DNA of 64,000 nucleotides, from NCBI RefSeq assembly GCF_009914755.1, contig NC_060926.1; one strand, 5' to 3'. Below are positions 44,090 through 56,910 of the stretch, piece by piece. This DNA comes from the human T2T-CHM13v2.0 reference genome, Homo sapiens. How positions within the stretch are numbered: the first letter of the stretch is position 1; each line of letters opens with the position of its first letter. A program made the position numbers and the translations under genes. Under the pieces are notes generated by a model, which had not been told where the DNA came from, did not search any database, and saw nothing but the letters and a program-made list of their open reading frames with translations.

Positions 44090-46620
44090 AGATAAGATAA
44101 CCTTCCACATTAAGGCACTGGAAAGAATAGCAAACTAAACCTAAAGCAAGCAGAAGGAAGAAAATAAAAATTAGAGAAATTAATAATTTATAATATTAAT
44201 CATATTTGTTAGTATTGACTAATTAATATTAATTCTTGACTGACTTTTTTAAAAAAGAGAAATATTCACTTCCCAATTTATTCTATGGGGCCAGTGTTAC
44301 CTTGATACAAAAATTAGTCCAAATAGCATAGAAAAATAAAACTACTATAAGTATAAATGCAAAATTCCTTAAAAACTACTAACAAATCAGATCTAGCAAC
44401 ATATACAAGAATTATACACTATGACAAAGTGAAATTTATACTAGTAATCTCAGGTTGGTTTAACAGCCCAAAATCCATTAAGGTAATACATCTTATCCAT
44501 AGAATAAGAAACAAGAATTGCATGATCATGTCGATAGATTCAGAAAAGACATTTAACAAAATCCAAATGCTTTAATGATTAAAAATAAAAATAAAAACTC
44601 AATGAACCAGGAATAGAGAACTTTCTACACCAGATACATGGCACCTGTGAAAAGCCAACAGCAAGAATGCAACTTAATGGTAAAGGATGCTTTCCCGCTA
44701 TGGTCAGAGATAGGAATAAGATATATACTTTGAGCTCTTCTAGTCAACACTGTACTAAAGATTTTATGCAGGGCAAGTCGGCAACTAAAAAAAAAGAGTC
44801 AACCATATTGAACAGGAAGAAATAAAACTTTATTTGAAAATAATATTCTTGTATATAGAAAATTTTAAGGAATTCACTGAACAATAGAACTAGTAAATTA
44901 TTTCAGCAATATTACAGCATACAAGATAAATCTACAAAAATCAATTGCACACATCTACAATGAAAACCCAAAAATGAAATTAAGAAAACACTTCAATTTA
45001 AAATAGCATCAAAAAAAGAAATAATAATTAATTTGGAAAATGTGATACAAGATTTTACTCGGAAAATTAAAAATTATTGTTTAAAGAAGATCTAAATAAT
45101 TAGCAAATATCTTACAGCCATGAATTGGAAGATTTAATATTGTAGTACTTTCAAGTTGAACTACAGATTTGACGTAATCCCTGCAAGTATCCCAACAGAC
45201 TTCTGTCTAGAAACTGACAAGCTGATTCTAAAATACACATGGGAATGTAAGGGACTCAAAATAGCCAAAATAGTCTTGAAAAAAGAAAACATATTAGGAT
45301 AATTCACACCCCCGTGCTCCAAACCTTACGGCAAGGCATCAGTAATCAAGACAACACAATACTGACGAAAGAAAAATATATAGATTGATGGAAGAGAATT
45401 GAGAGTCCATATATAAAACTATGTGTGTATAGTCAATGGATTCTTACAGTGGTGCCATGTGCAATTCAATGAGGAAGGGACAGTCTTTGAACAAACTGGG
45501 TCAACAGCGTACACTTGGATCGCCACTTGCAAAATAATAAATTGGAACCCTTACCCCAAAGCATACAAAAATATTAACTCAAATGAATTAAAGACATACA
45601 TGCAAGAGCTAGAATAAAGCATATGGGAAAATCTTCAGGATTTTGGATCTAGCAAAGAAATAGCTGTAACACCAAAAACATGAGCAACAAAATAAAAATT
45701 AGATATTTAAAATTTCTTAAAAATTAAAGACATTGGTGTTTCAAAGGACAACCAAGCAAGTCAAAAGGCAGCTCAAAAATTGTGAGAAAATATTTGAAAA
45801 ACACATATCTATATGTCTGCATATATATGTATCTTGAATATAGAAAAATTGTTTTAACTCAGTAACAAATATCCCAACTCAAAACTGATAAACGATAGGA
45901 ATAGATGTGTTTTCCAAGAAGATACACGAACGGTCAATAATCCCATAAAAAGATACTCAACAGCATCACTCATCAGGCAACTACAAATCAAAACCACAGT
46001 TAGATACGCTATGGCTAGAACTGGCCACTTTGGAAAATAGGTTGATGGCTTCTAAATATATTAAACATAGAATTGTCATATGACCCAGAAATTTATTCCC
46101 AGGTATACACCTAGATTATTGGAAAGAGGTGTTCAAACACAAATTTTACACAAGTATTTTTAGCAGCAGTATTTAAAATAGCCAAAGGCTGAACACAACT
46201 TAAATGTCAATAAAAATATTATTGGATAAACAAAATGTCATATCCATGAAATTGAATGTTATACAGGTATAAAAACAAATAAAGTACCGATACGCATATG
46301 AACCTTGATAGCATTATGCCAACTGAAAGAAGCCAGGCACAAAAGGCCACCTATTGTATGATTCTATTTAGATGAAAATAGAATAGGAAAATCTACAGAG
46401 ACAGAAAACAGATTTGTGGTTGCTTAGGATTGAGTAGGGGATGAGTGCATAGGAGGTTAACAGCTAGAGAAAGTGGGGTTTCTTTTTGAAGTGATGAAAA
46501 TGCTCTAAAATTCATTGTGATGATGGCTCCACTTATCTGCGTATATACTAAAAGCCATTGACTTGTAGACATTAATATGTGCACTCTACACTATGTAAAT
46601 TATATCTCAATAAATCCTTT
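44090..46620 (+). mobile_element. Old L1 (L1MB/MC/ME-type), degenerate ORF2 and 3' end
   Basis: A-rich strand with L1 ORF2 remnants (ORF 44357-44575 'IHLIHRIRNKNCMIMSIDSEKTFNKIQ' resembles L1 RT). The 3' end reads …AAATTATATCTCAATAAA. Confidence 0.85.
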
Positions 46621-46679
46621 CAAAAATACACAGAAGACTAAGGGGTTTTGGAATGTTTCAGCTGGGAGGCAGTTTGAAA

Positions 46680-46970
46680 TACTGAATAGGTCTCATCGAG
46701 AATGTGAGGTTTCAGTAAAGATTTGAGGAGTCGAATGAGCTGATCAATGGATATATGGGGGGATTTCTTTCAAAGCCAAGAAATTAACTAGAGTCTTGGT
46801 CATAAGACAGCAGCATGTTGGCATGTCCAGAGGACAGTGAGGTGGACAGGACCACTGGTAAGATCAAGGGTGAAGACATAAAAGAATTTTGGCGGTTAAC
46901 ATGCGGCAGATCATGATGGGCTTGCAGACCATTGTACGAATTGTGTCTTTTAGTGTAAATGAAATGGGGA
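46680..46970 (-). mobile_element. L2 fragment
   Basis: Purine-rich motifs typical of reverse-strand L2 (GGCAGATCATG…GGGCTTGCAGACCATTG…AATGAAATGGG). Confidence 0.55.
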
Positions 46971-48681
46971 GACAAATCATTACCACACTATCAATATTTT
47001 AATAAATTGGATCCATGAACCAAATACAATGAGATTAAATCAATTAGTAATAATATGCACATTTGTATTAAAATTACAAGAATTACTTGCACATTTGAGA
47101 ACAGGAGAGTCATGATTTTTTATCAGCAATAATAAGCTATTAATTTTAATTGTGATCAGCTAATTGAGATTAATTGCAATACATCATGCTTTATAATGTG
47201 ACTGTCAAAAGGAAAGTATGATTGTAATCTTATACTACATCTATCAATGTCTTTGATTCAGAGGACTATAGAATAAGCCCCTAGTTTTCAAAGCCAACTG
47301 ATGAGGCAGTGACATCTTATGCAAGTTTGCTGCTTTCTGCCACAGTGGTCCTTGGTCAGCTGGCACAAATTGTTTTACAAACACCACTAGGTCTAAAAAA
47401 AGTTTGGATCACAATGAACACAGAAATACCTTCATTCCTTCAGAAATACCTATCAATTACTTCCAATACAGAATGAAAAATTGACAACGGAAGTATGTCG
47501 ATTGTAAAAATGCCACATAGCTTGCATCTACATGAAAGAAAAATGCCATTTTTATTACAATACATCATCGTTTTACATGAGTTTTGGTATAGCACAATGT
47601 TGAACCAAGGGCAAAGAAAGATGAATTAATGAAATCTTAAGACATCAAGAATTTGAAAGAAAAGGAAGGTCATCTTTGAAGGTTAGTGACATAGCATTCA
47701 TCTTCTGTTGTCACCTTTTCCGTCATTCCCTGTATGCCTGATGGACAGCTTTCACTCAAGTTCAGAGAACAGCATGCAAAGATTAGCTACCAATTAATTT
47801 TTATGAAGTGAGCTTAATTTCTAGCCAGACCGAGCTTATGTTTTAGCAGGAAGCATTTTTGGGAAATGTTTATGTTAGAGTTTGCCCTTCTTGACAAGGT
47901 GAGGCATAAATGTCTACTTTATAGACATGAATTAAGATGGGAAGATATTTGGGGGAAAAATTTTCTCAAATGCTAAATAACAAAGGTACACAAAGGGGAA
48001 ATTATACTAGATTTATTTCCCACTTGTTTTCTATGTCTCATCCAATTCACCTTGATTCCCTTCAGTTTCTGTTTAATGTAGAAAGTGGCATTTTCATTAT
48101 TTTAAGCTTCTAGCACAATGAAAGATTTTCTCTTTTTCTTGAACAGGATCGTAAATGAAAGGGAGGAAGAGTGTCCAATATCATATTTATTGTTCAACAA
48201 AACACTGCTCCACGGCTTAAATTCAGTTTAAAAAAGAGAATTTATTGAACATCTAACACATACATAAAAGGCAGTAAAGACAAATGAGAAGAGGGCAGGA
48301 TATTGAAGTATACAGACTTAAATGCTGAGTTTTGTATCTTAGTAAGTTACTGCACCTTACAGAGACTCAATTTCCACTGATTTAGGAAGGCGATGTTAAT
48401 GGGTATTTCATAGGTGTAAGTATAAAAATGTTGTATTTAAGAGAATCCCACAAGCTTGGTATAAAGCAGAAAATAAATAGATGTGACATTAATTAGTAGT
48501 TTCTTACATTTGTATGCTACCTGCAGACTAGAGGAAGCAAGAAACACAGCCACTATGCTTGATTAGCATTATATTCTAATTTGGAATATAAATAGAAAAG
48601 AGAAAAATAGAAAGCTATGCATAAACACATGCATTAAAATGAATTTTATGTGGACTCTTTCAGGAAAATGTTCCTAAGGTA

Positions 48682-49340
48682 TTTTATTTTTTTATTGTGG
48701 TAAAATACACATAACATAAAATGTACTCTGTTAACCATTTTAAATGTACAGTTCAGTGGTACTAAATATAGTCATAACATTGTGCAGCCGTCCCTACCAT
48801 CCATCTCCATAACTCGTTTCATCTTGTGAAACTGAAACTCTATACCCATTAAACAGTACTTTCCCATGTCTTCCTCCCCCCAGCTTCTGGCATTCATCAT
48901 TGTACTATCTCTATGATTCTGTCCAGTTTAAGTCTCTTATACAAATGGAATTGTACTGTATTTGTCCTTCACTGACTAACTTATTTCACTTGGCATAATA
49001 TCCTCAAGTTTCATCCAAGATGCAACATATGTCTGAATATTTCCCTCATGTTTAAGGCTGAATGATTTACCATTGTATGTATATATCATGTTTTGCATAT
49101 CCATTCATCTGTTGTTGGACACTTCAATTGCTTCTACGTTTTAGCTATTGCCAATAATGCTGCTGCAAACATGGATGTGCAAATATTTTTTCAAGACTCT
49201 GCTTTCAATTCTTTTGCTGTCTTGAGATGTGGGGCTGCTGAATCGTAAGGCAATACCATTTTGATGTTTTGAGGAACTACCATACTCTTTTCCACAGCAA
49301 ACATAGGGTTTGGCATTCCCTCCAATATTGCAAAAGGAAT
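48682..49340 (-). mobile_element. L1MB-type 3' end
   Basis: TTTTTATTGTGGTAAAATACACATAACATAAAA…CCATTTTAAATGTACAGTTCAGTGG…AAACTGAAACTCTATACCCATTAAAC is the typical reverse L1MB terminus. Confidence 0.85.
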
Positions 49341-51511
49341 CGCCACGTCCTTGCCTGTGGATTTTATTCACAAGTCCTGTGGCTCTCTCTACATAACGGC
49401 CACCATGTGTTATTTCCTGTTTATATATATGAAATCAAAGGTGCAGGAAATAATGAACTAAATTGGAAGGATAAACATGTAGAAAAATAGAGGTAAATAC
49501 TGACTACATAAAACCATAAGAATAAGAATTTTGGATGATCTATATATTATATATCTATTTATCTAACATCTGTCTGTTCCTCCATCTGTAATTAAAATAT
49601 ATTACAGTTAGAGAACAGAGAAAAAAGTAGGAATACATGAATTTAAATTTTAATTCTTCTTAGATTGTCTCACAGCATCATTATATGACAGAAAATTTAT
49701 AGGTCAGTATCTGTTAACTATAAATGTAACATTCTTAAAGAATTCAAATACATTGAATTACAGCATGAATAAAATATTACAATCCATTCAAGTTTATTTT
49801 ATTCCAGGAACACAAAAATACAAATTTCATTTGCAATTCAAGAAAAACAGAAATCAATACATATGATTGATGTATATACACATTTAATGTATTTTTAAAT
49901 ATACATTTTTAAAAAATAGAAATTTAACTAGGACAACTACTTAAAATATCACTGAAAATAGTGTTAGTAGATAATACCTTCCTAATAACTCTGGTATTAC
50001 ATAAGAAAACAAAATTAAAATTTCAGATAAGCTTAGAAACTAAAAATTTTAAAAATATTATTCTGTTCTCCATATGTTCATATTTAATATTATTTCTTGT
50101 TTCATTCTTCTTCAGTGTTCCTCTACTAAAATATAACATACAACAGTTACTTTTGATTTCTGTTCTTATTACTCAAAATTGTACACATTTTCTCATTCTC
50201 TTAATTTAGCCATGCTTCTTTTCTGTACTCCTGGAATTTTCACATTTTTGTTCACTCTCTTTTGAGTTCCCATAGTATCAAATAAGCTTTTTTCCCTCTT
50301 TCTGATTTGAAGGTTCATCTCATAGTTATTTTGTCCACTCAATTTCTTTTCATTCTCAGTTAAGGGCCTCTCATCTGGCTTCTTTCCATTTGTAAGGTTT
50401 CCTTTCATCTTAAGCCAGTCTTTTATTTATATTTTGATTTTGTTTTGTGGAGGACATGCTTTCCTGAATTTTAAGGAAGAGGCTAAAAGGTTCGTTCAAG
50501 TTTTTACCTGATACATTGGATTAAATTATCTAATGTACACACCCTTAATTTAAGCCTAGGGGTGACTGTCTACTCTTGATTTTGTATAGTATTATTTTTC
50601 TTAACATCCAAGTCCATCTTCATCTATTTGTATATGATCAATAAAAATATATTTGTCCAGAACCCTGCTTTGGTGGAGTTACTTCTTTCTAAGTAGGAGA
50701 GGTAGCAGTTGAGACATGAGCTGGGTTCTGGGTCAGTTTAGAGGGCTGGGCGACATTCCTCCTTTTGGTCTGTATGACTGAATGAATGCGGTTCTTGCTG
50801 TCTCGCTCCTCTCCTTAACACATTGAGCCATTGCAGCAGATGAGAAGGAATAATCCTGATCTGCCATTGAGGTGGAACACATGTTCTCTCCAACCACATC
50901 CATAGGTTGTACTCACACTCGGCCAGAATGTAACCTGTCAATGATATGGAGATGTATCTAGCTATCTAGTTAGATATCTACTTTGGTTTATGCTCTCTGG
51001 TTGCCCGTAAATTATCTCCTTAAAGTGAATATCAAAAGAGAGCTTGGTGATGGCAGTGTTATAAAATCCTCAAAATGCAGCACCCTCACCCAGAGGAATT
51101 TGTAGATTCTGGGATTCTAATTCAGATACCAAACTATATAAAAGGGGCATTGGTCATTGAGGGTTGCTAGGCTCTTTGTGGAGCATATTTGCTCTTTTCA
51201 TGACTTTGAAATTATTTTAAAAATCTAACCTTTTTCTCAGTGTGCTGCAAGATGATTTGATTTTAATGCACGAGCACTGATTCTCCCCTAAGATTTGTAC
51301 AATATATTTACTCTGACAAGCCATAGCCAGCAACTCACTTCACAGCAATTTATAGCATTTCCACGACAAGTTGAATTATTTTTAACTAGACTCTCTTTGC
51401 CTTAATCAAAATATGAAGAAGCAATATATTGTTCTAGTTAGGTTCAAAAGTTGGCAGTCTCTCTCCTGGAAAGAATAATAAAACTTTTCAGCGGCCTAAT
51501 ATGCATCTATA

Positions 51512-51512
<1 letters not shown>

Positions 51513-51544
<32 letters not shown>
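51513..51544. repeat. (AC)16 microsatellite
   Basis: Read directly from the sequence. Confidence 0.97.
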
Positions 51545-51547
<3 letters not shown>

Positions 51548-53304
51548 GGCACTATTCATAATATTTAAAGCACATTCTGTTCTATGACTTCATTTATCTA
51601 GCACAAAATAAAACGATCTCAGTATATGTCAAGTACCAATTATTTCGTATGGCCAATTATAGGTATTTTATTTTTTAAAGATTCGAGTGTTCTTGAAGCT
51701 CTTTCTATTTCTTTGTCAATGAACTAAACATTGGCAAATATGTAGGGTTTCCCACATAAGAACATTATTACCATCAAAATAGAAAGCTGGTGGTAGAAAT
51801 AATGATTGGGAACACAGAGTCTCTACTCAGCGTTCTACTTCTGCTATACCATAAGTTTGTGATCTCACGAAATATCTCTCCATGTTGTCATCCCTATGTA
51901 TAGTTCTGTCATTTTTCAATAAGAGCTTTTTGCTTAATTATGAAGTACTAGTTACTATAACCATTATTTTGAGCTTCATGTAAATCAAGAACACATGGAC
52001 TCCACTTGCAAAACATTGAAAATGTAGTTAGGGATTGGGGCCTAAAGCAACATTTTAAAATGTGTAAAGACAATGAGTAAGCAACAAAGTGTCCAATTTT
52101 TTAGGGCAAATTTGCATACGTCAGGAAAAGGCAGGATTAAGTAACAGAGAATTTGAATGATAACTGGCCAATTGGTGTCGTTTACAATTGCAAGTCATAC
52201 AAATGAAGTTTGCTTTTTTAAAGAGAAAAGGAGTTAGTTAGAATGGGTCAACCTATTGGGGAAGCAATGTAGTTAGAGACAATGCCCAAAACCATGTGAG
52301 CAAATGCTCTGTAGAGCGCACCCCTGCAATGCTGCCATTGTGAGGCCAAGTCTCTCCTTGTCTTGGTACTGAGCCCTCCATTCTGCCTCCATCATTGCCA
52401 CTGTAGCTGCCACAAGGTGAACCCTCAACCACCGCTGCCCAGGAACAAAGAAAGAATTATGTCCTTCCGCGCTCTCAGATCAATTTCCAACATCAGGTGA
52501 GCCTTTGATGGGCACTATTCAGTTCCCATATCCCTGAAATAGATGCAGTAAAAACATAGAAATTGCCTATGTGTTTCCCAATAAGACACATATGGAAGCC
52601 TGTTTTCCCACAACAGGAAGGGTTTTCCTTGATGGGTGTTCAAAGGAACAATATTCCCTGCAAACCATACTTTGCCCATGTGAAGAAAAGCAATGAGGAT
52701 TATTTAATAAATAGACATAGAAACTCATCCAGGGTTGGCTGATGAGAATCTGGTTAGCAAGGGGGTCTGCCTTCAGTTAGGACAAGGTCTGTGCTCCCCA
52801 CGGGTTCTCTCCACAGCATGAGGGATGCAAACTTCCCTTTCCTCCCCTGCACCTACCCTCAAATGGCCCAGAGGTCTTCAGGTGCTAGAATTTCTCAATT
52901 AATGCTGCACAAAATAACAGACAGCCTTGGCTGTCACAGTCTGTTCTCATGAAGCTAGTCTCTGCTCACTACATAAAACAGGAGAGTAAGAACAAGGGTG
53001 TTTAACGCTACCCTAGCTCAAACAAGTTTCTCTCTGTAGGATGCCAAGAACCTGGGAACCAGTGCATCTGCTGCTTTCCCTTCTCGGATTCTAGCCCAGA
53101 CAAAAGAGGCAAGGGTCATTTCTTCAGACGCCTTGAGCTTCACTACACAATGCCCCAGGCTCTACATGCACCCTCTTTATATATTTCTACCTTGAAAAAA
53201 ATTTTTATATAATATTAATAGTATATATTTTTATATAAGAAACACATATGTTTATTTTATAGATAGATATACATAGATAAAGATCTCTAGTCACCCTTTT
53301 TTAA

Positions 53305-53602
53305 GGCTGGGCTGATCGCGGTGCCTCAAATCTATAATCCCGGCACTTTGGGAGGCCAAGGTGGCCAGATCTCTTGAGTCCAGGAGTTGGAGATCTGCCA
53401 GGGCAACATGGTGAAACCCCATCTTTACAAAAATTAGCTAGTATGGTGTCATGCACTTGCAGTCCCTGCTACTCAGGAGACTGAGGTGGGAGAATCGCTT
53501 GAGCACAGTATGTGAAGGCTTCAGTGAGCTCTGATCACATGAATGCACCCCATCTTGGGTGACAAAGTGAAACCCTCTCTGAAAAATAAAATAAAATAAA
53601 AA
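53305..53602 (+). mobile_element. AluJ-type SINE, full length, diverged
   Basis: GGCTGGGC…CACTTTGGGAGGCCAAGG…TTGAGTCCAGGAGTT…, both arms present, (AAAAT)n tail. Confidence 0.9.
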
Positions 53603-53669
53603 GGCTACCACCATACTCACAGATAAGTGTGTCAGGTATATTTGTAGCTATCCTTCCTATATTCTATTT

Positions 53670-53672
<3 letters not shown>

Positions 53673-53702
<30 letters not shown>
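53673..53702 (+). repeat. Poly(A)30 run
   Basis: Read directly from the sequence. Confidence 0.95.
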
Positions 53703-53704
<2 letters not shown>

Positions 53705-54652
53705 CAAAGAACTCTTCTCATTCTAGATTTTTGTATTACTTAGACATTTGAAGTTTATAGCAGAAGAGCTATAATCATGTTTGGTATGCGTACTCTATAG
53801 ACCAGATAGTGCAAACAGATATCAATGCTTTTTAAAAGTATATAAGGTTATTAGAAATATTTTAAACTACCTATAGGTGTATATGTATCTAATTGAACTA
53901 TCAAATGCAAGTAAGATCATTTCCTTAGCGTGTTAAATCCACTCAATTTATTAAAATATTTTCTAATGTCTATTACAATAATGTTTCTTAATTAGCTAAC
54001 ATAAGAGGAGTTTTAAGACATTTATTTATATGTACTTACTAGATTCAAACTCGATTCCACTATTTTCAGAAATCATGCTCTGAGACAAGTCCTTTTTTTA
54101 TCTAACTATGTTTCTGCCTATATTAAAAGACAGATATGTCCATTTTGCTAATCATGCTGTTCCAAACCTCTCCATCCTATTTTTCGGTTTGTTCTAGCAG
54201 TCATTCAGAGACTTACTTATATTCAAATTTCTCTCTAGGTTTAACATTTGTGTATGTCTTCTTGTGGTTTTGTCTATTTTTGCTGTATATAAGACATTTA
54301 TTGACATATATCATACATGCAGAAAAGTACAATGATTAAATATGGATAGCTTCATTAATGAAACACATGTATTTGCTTATAACCATGTATGAAAATAGAA
54401 CATTACTAAAAATAGTGATACTTCTCCTGCCCCTTTCCAAACACTAACCCTCATCCTCAATAGCAACAGATTTTTTTTAATCATAATTTGGTCTATTTTC
54501 AAATTTTTATTAAATAAATCAGAGTATCTACTCTAAGTCTATGTTTCTCTCATTGTTGCTATTTTGCTTATAGTATTTATCTGCTAATGGACATGGTAGA
54601 TTAAAGACGGCTACATACACATTTTTTAATTAATAGATTTTTTGAGCACTTT

Positions 54653-54779
54653 GTGGCTCATGCCTCTAATCCCATCACTTTGGGAGGCTGAGGTGCGTGG
54701 ATCATGAGGTCAGGAGATCCAGACAATCCTGGCCAATGTGCTAAAACCCCTTCTCTACTAAACTACAAAAAATTAGCTG
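54653..54779 (+). mobile_element. Alu left-arm fragment (AluS/Y-like)
   Basis: GTGGCTCATGCC…GGATCATGAGGTCAGGAGATC…TACAAAAAATTAGCTG, then similarity stops. Confidence 0.85.
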
Positions 54780-54926
54780 ATAGATAACATCAAGATAACA
54801 TCTGGGTTCTTAGCTGCACTGAGTCAAGCCAACTTACATCTTTGTTTGTCTTCCTCTGCACTTTTCCTTCCACATCACACTCCAGGAATGCCAAGCTGTG
54901 CTGGCCTTCTACCCCATTTCCACTAC

Positions 54927-56167
54927 TTTGCCCCCGCCGACGCGGCTTTTTGCCGCCATGGATTTTTGCCCCCGCTGCTGCGGGTTTTTGCGGCTTTATG
55001 CCTCCGCCGCCTCGACTTTTTGCCCCCGCCTCCGTTGCTTTCTGCCCCGGCCACCACAGCTTTCTGCCCCCGGCCTCCCGGAATTTAGCCCCTGCTGCCG
55101 CGGCTTTTTGGGGATGTTTGCCCTCGCAGCCGCGGCTTTTTGCCGCCGCAGCTTTTTGCGTCTTTCTCCCCCCACCGCCGCGGCTTTTTGCGGCTTTTTT
55201 CCCCCGCCGCTGCAGCTTTTTGCCCCCGCCACCGCGACTTTTTCCGCCGCGGCTTTTTGCCACCGCCGCCGCGGCTTTTTATGACTTTTGGCCCCCGGCG
55301 CCGCGGCTTTTTACGGCTTTTCGCCCCCGCCGCCGCAGGTTTTTCCCGTCGCGGCTTCTTGCCCCCGCCGCCCCGGCTTTTTGCGGCTTTTTGCCGCCGC
55401 GGCTTTTGGCCCCCGCCGCCGCGACTTTTTTCCCCTGTCGCCGCAGGTTTCTCCTGCCCCGGCTTCTTGCCCCCACCGCCCGAGCTTTTTGCCCCCACCG
55501 CCGCGGCTATTTGCGGCTATTTGCACCTGCCACCGCGGAGTTTTGCCCCGTATGCGGCTTCCGGCCCCCGCCGCCACGGCTTTTTATCACCCCCGCCGCT
55601 TTTTGCCCCCGCCGCCGCGGGTTTTTGCCCCCGCCCCCGTTGCTTTTTACCCCCGCCGCCGCGGCTTTCTGCCCCTGCCGACGAGGGTTTTTGCGGCTTT
55701 ATATCCCCGCTGTCATGGCTTTTTGCGGCCGTGGCTTTTTGCCCCCTCAGCCGTGGTTTTTTGCGGCTTTTGGCACCCGTCGCCGCAGCTTTTTCAGGCT
55801 TTTGGTGACCGCCGCCACGGCTTTTTTCCCCCGCCGCCGCAGATTTTTCCCGCCGCGGCTTTTTGCCGCCCCTGCTTTTTGCCGCCCCCCCCCGCAGCCG
55901 CTTTCTGCCCCCGCCGCCGCATCTTTTTGCCGCCGCGGCTTTTTGCCCCCGCCGTCGCGGCTTTTTGCCCCCAATGCTGCGGCTTTTTACGGCTTTTTGT
56001 GCCCATCACCGTAGCTTTTTGCCTCCGCCACCACAGCTTTTTGCCTCCGCCACCGCGGCTTTTTGACCCCGCCGCCATGGCTTGTTGCCCCCGTCGCCCT
56101 GGCCTTTTCCCCCACCGCCCCGGCTTTTTGCGCCCACCGCTGCAGTTTTTTGCCCCCACCGCCGCGG
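54927..56167. repeat. GC-rich degenerate tandem repeat (CCCCCGCCGCCGCGGCTTTTTG)n, resembling pericentromeric CAAAAAGCGGG-class repeats
   Basis: Variable 10/16/22-bp units, each ending in GGCTTTTTG. The minus strand reads CAAAAAGCCGCGGCGG…. Confidence 0.9.
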
Positions 56168-56319
56168 GTCTGAGGGCTGGATCCGCAGACTTGGCTGCCA
56201 GCTCTACTGGCGTCCTGACTAAGGCAGCGCCAAGGGGCGCTCCTGGTCCAGCTCTCCCGAATCAGGGGTTCCTTGCCTAGACGCCAGCGCCCAGGGCTCC
56301 GCTCCTGGGCTGCTGCAGC

Positions 56320-56549
56320 CCGCATAGAGCGGCGCTGCGCTCGGCTGCAATGGGAGAGAAGAAGGAGGGCAGTGGCGGGGGTGACACGGCTATCGCGTAG
56401 GGAGGCACAGGGGCCGCGGCCAGCCGGGCGCTGCAGCAGTACGGGCAGCTCCAGAAGCTCATCGGCATCTCCGTTGGCAGCCTGCGCGGGCTGCGCACCA
56501 AGTGCGCTGTGTCCAAGGACCTCACCCAGCAGGAGATACGGACCTGGAG
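56320..56549 (+). pseudogene. KSR1 (pseudo): Unprocessed KSR1 (kinase suppressor of Ras 1) pseudogene fragment: first coding exon (KSR1P-like)
   Basis: Manual translation from 56323 gives [73 protein letters not shown]. This matches the KSR1 N-terminus ([21 protein letters not shown]…[43 protein letters not shown]). Lesions: first ATG position reads CCG, TAG at 56398-56400, 1-bp deletion near 56545. Splice donor AG|GTAAGG at 56550. Confidence 0.93.
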
Positions 56550-56847
56550 GTAAGGGGGTCAGGGACCAGGGCTGGGCTCCAGCACCAGACTGGACACCTC
56601 CATCTGGGCCCCAGTTCACTCCTGGCCGAGTTGCATCCTTGAGCCCACGTCGCCCCTTTGGAGGCTTCTCCTCCCTCCTGCACTCGCTGATGCGGCAGCC
56701 GGAGGACCTGGGACCAGCCCTCACCTTGGGCAGGATTTGTGGAGCGGTTGCGTGTTGGGAACTGTGATGGATGCTCGAGGGGCCCATGGGCGGGGTGGGC
56801 TGCACGCGGACATCCCCTTACCCCCGGAATTGCCATCTGGTCCAGCC

Positions 56848-56910
56848 CTCTCATCTTGTAGGTGAGGAAACCGAAGGCCTGAGGGAGAAATGACTTGCCA
56901 GGAACCCCTG
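56848..56910 (-). mobile_element. MIR fragment
   Basis: CATCTTGTAGGTGAGGAAACCGAAGGC…TGACTTGCC resembles the MIR core. Confidence 0.6.

Noticed and set aside
36874-54339. Scattered 60-82 aa ORFs in the AT-rich block
   Set aside because: Their length is at chance level, several lie inside L1/Alu/L2 remnants, and none resembles a protein I recognise.
54790-56280. Long Pro/Arg/Ala/Phe-rich ORFs (up to 390 aa) on both strands
   Set aside because: Stop codons are scarce because the repeat strand is nearly A-free. Overlapping ORFs in all frames indicate a compositional artefact.
55987-56854. ORFs 56273..56767(+), 55987..56805(-) and neighbours as a real gene
   Set aside because: They are alternative-frame or antisense readings of the GC-rich KSR1 pseudo-exon. 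The true KSR1 frame is stopped at 56398.
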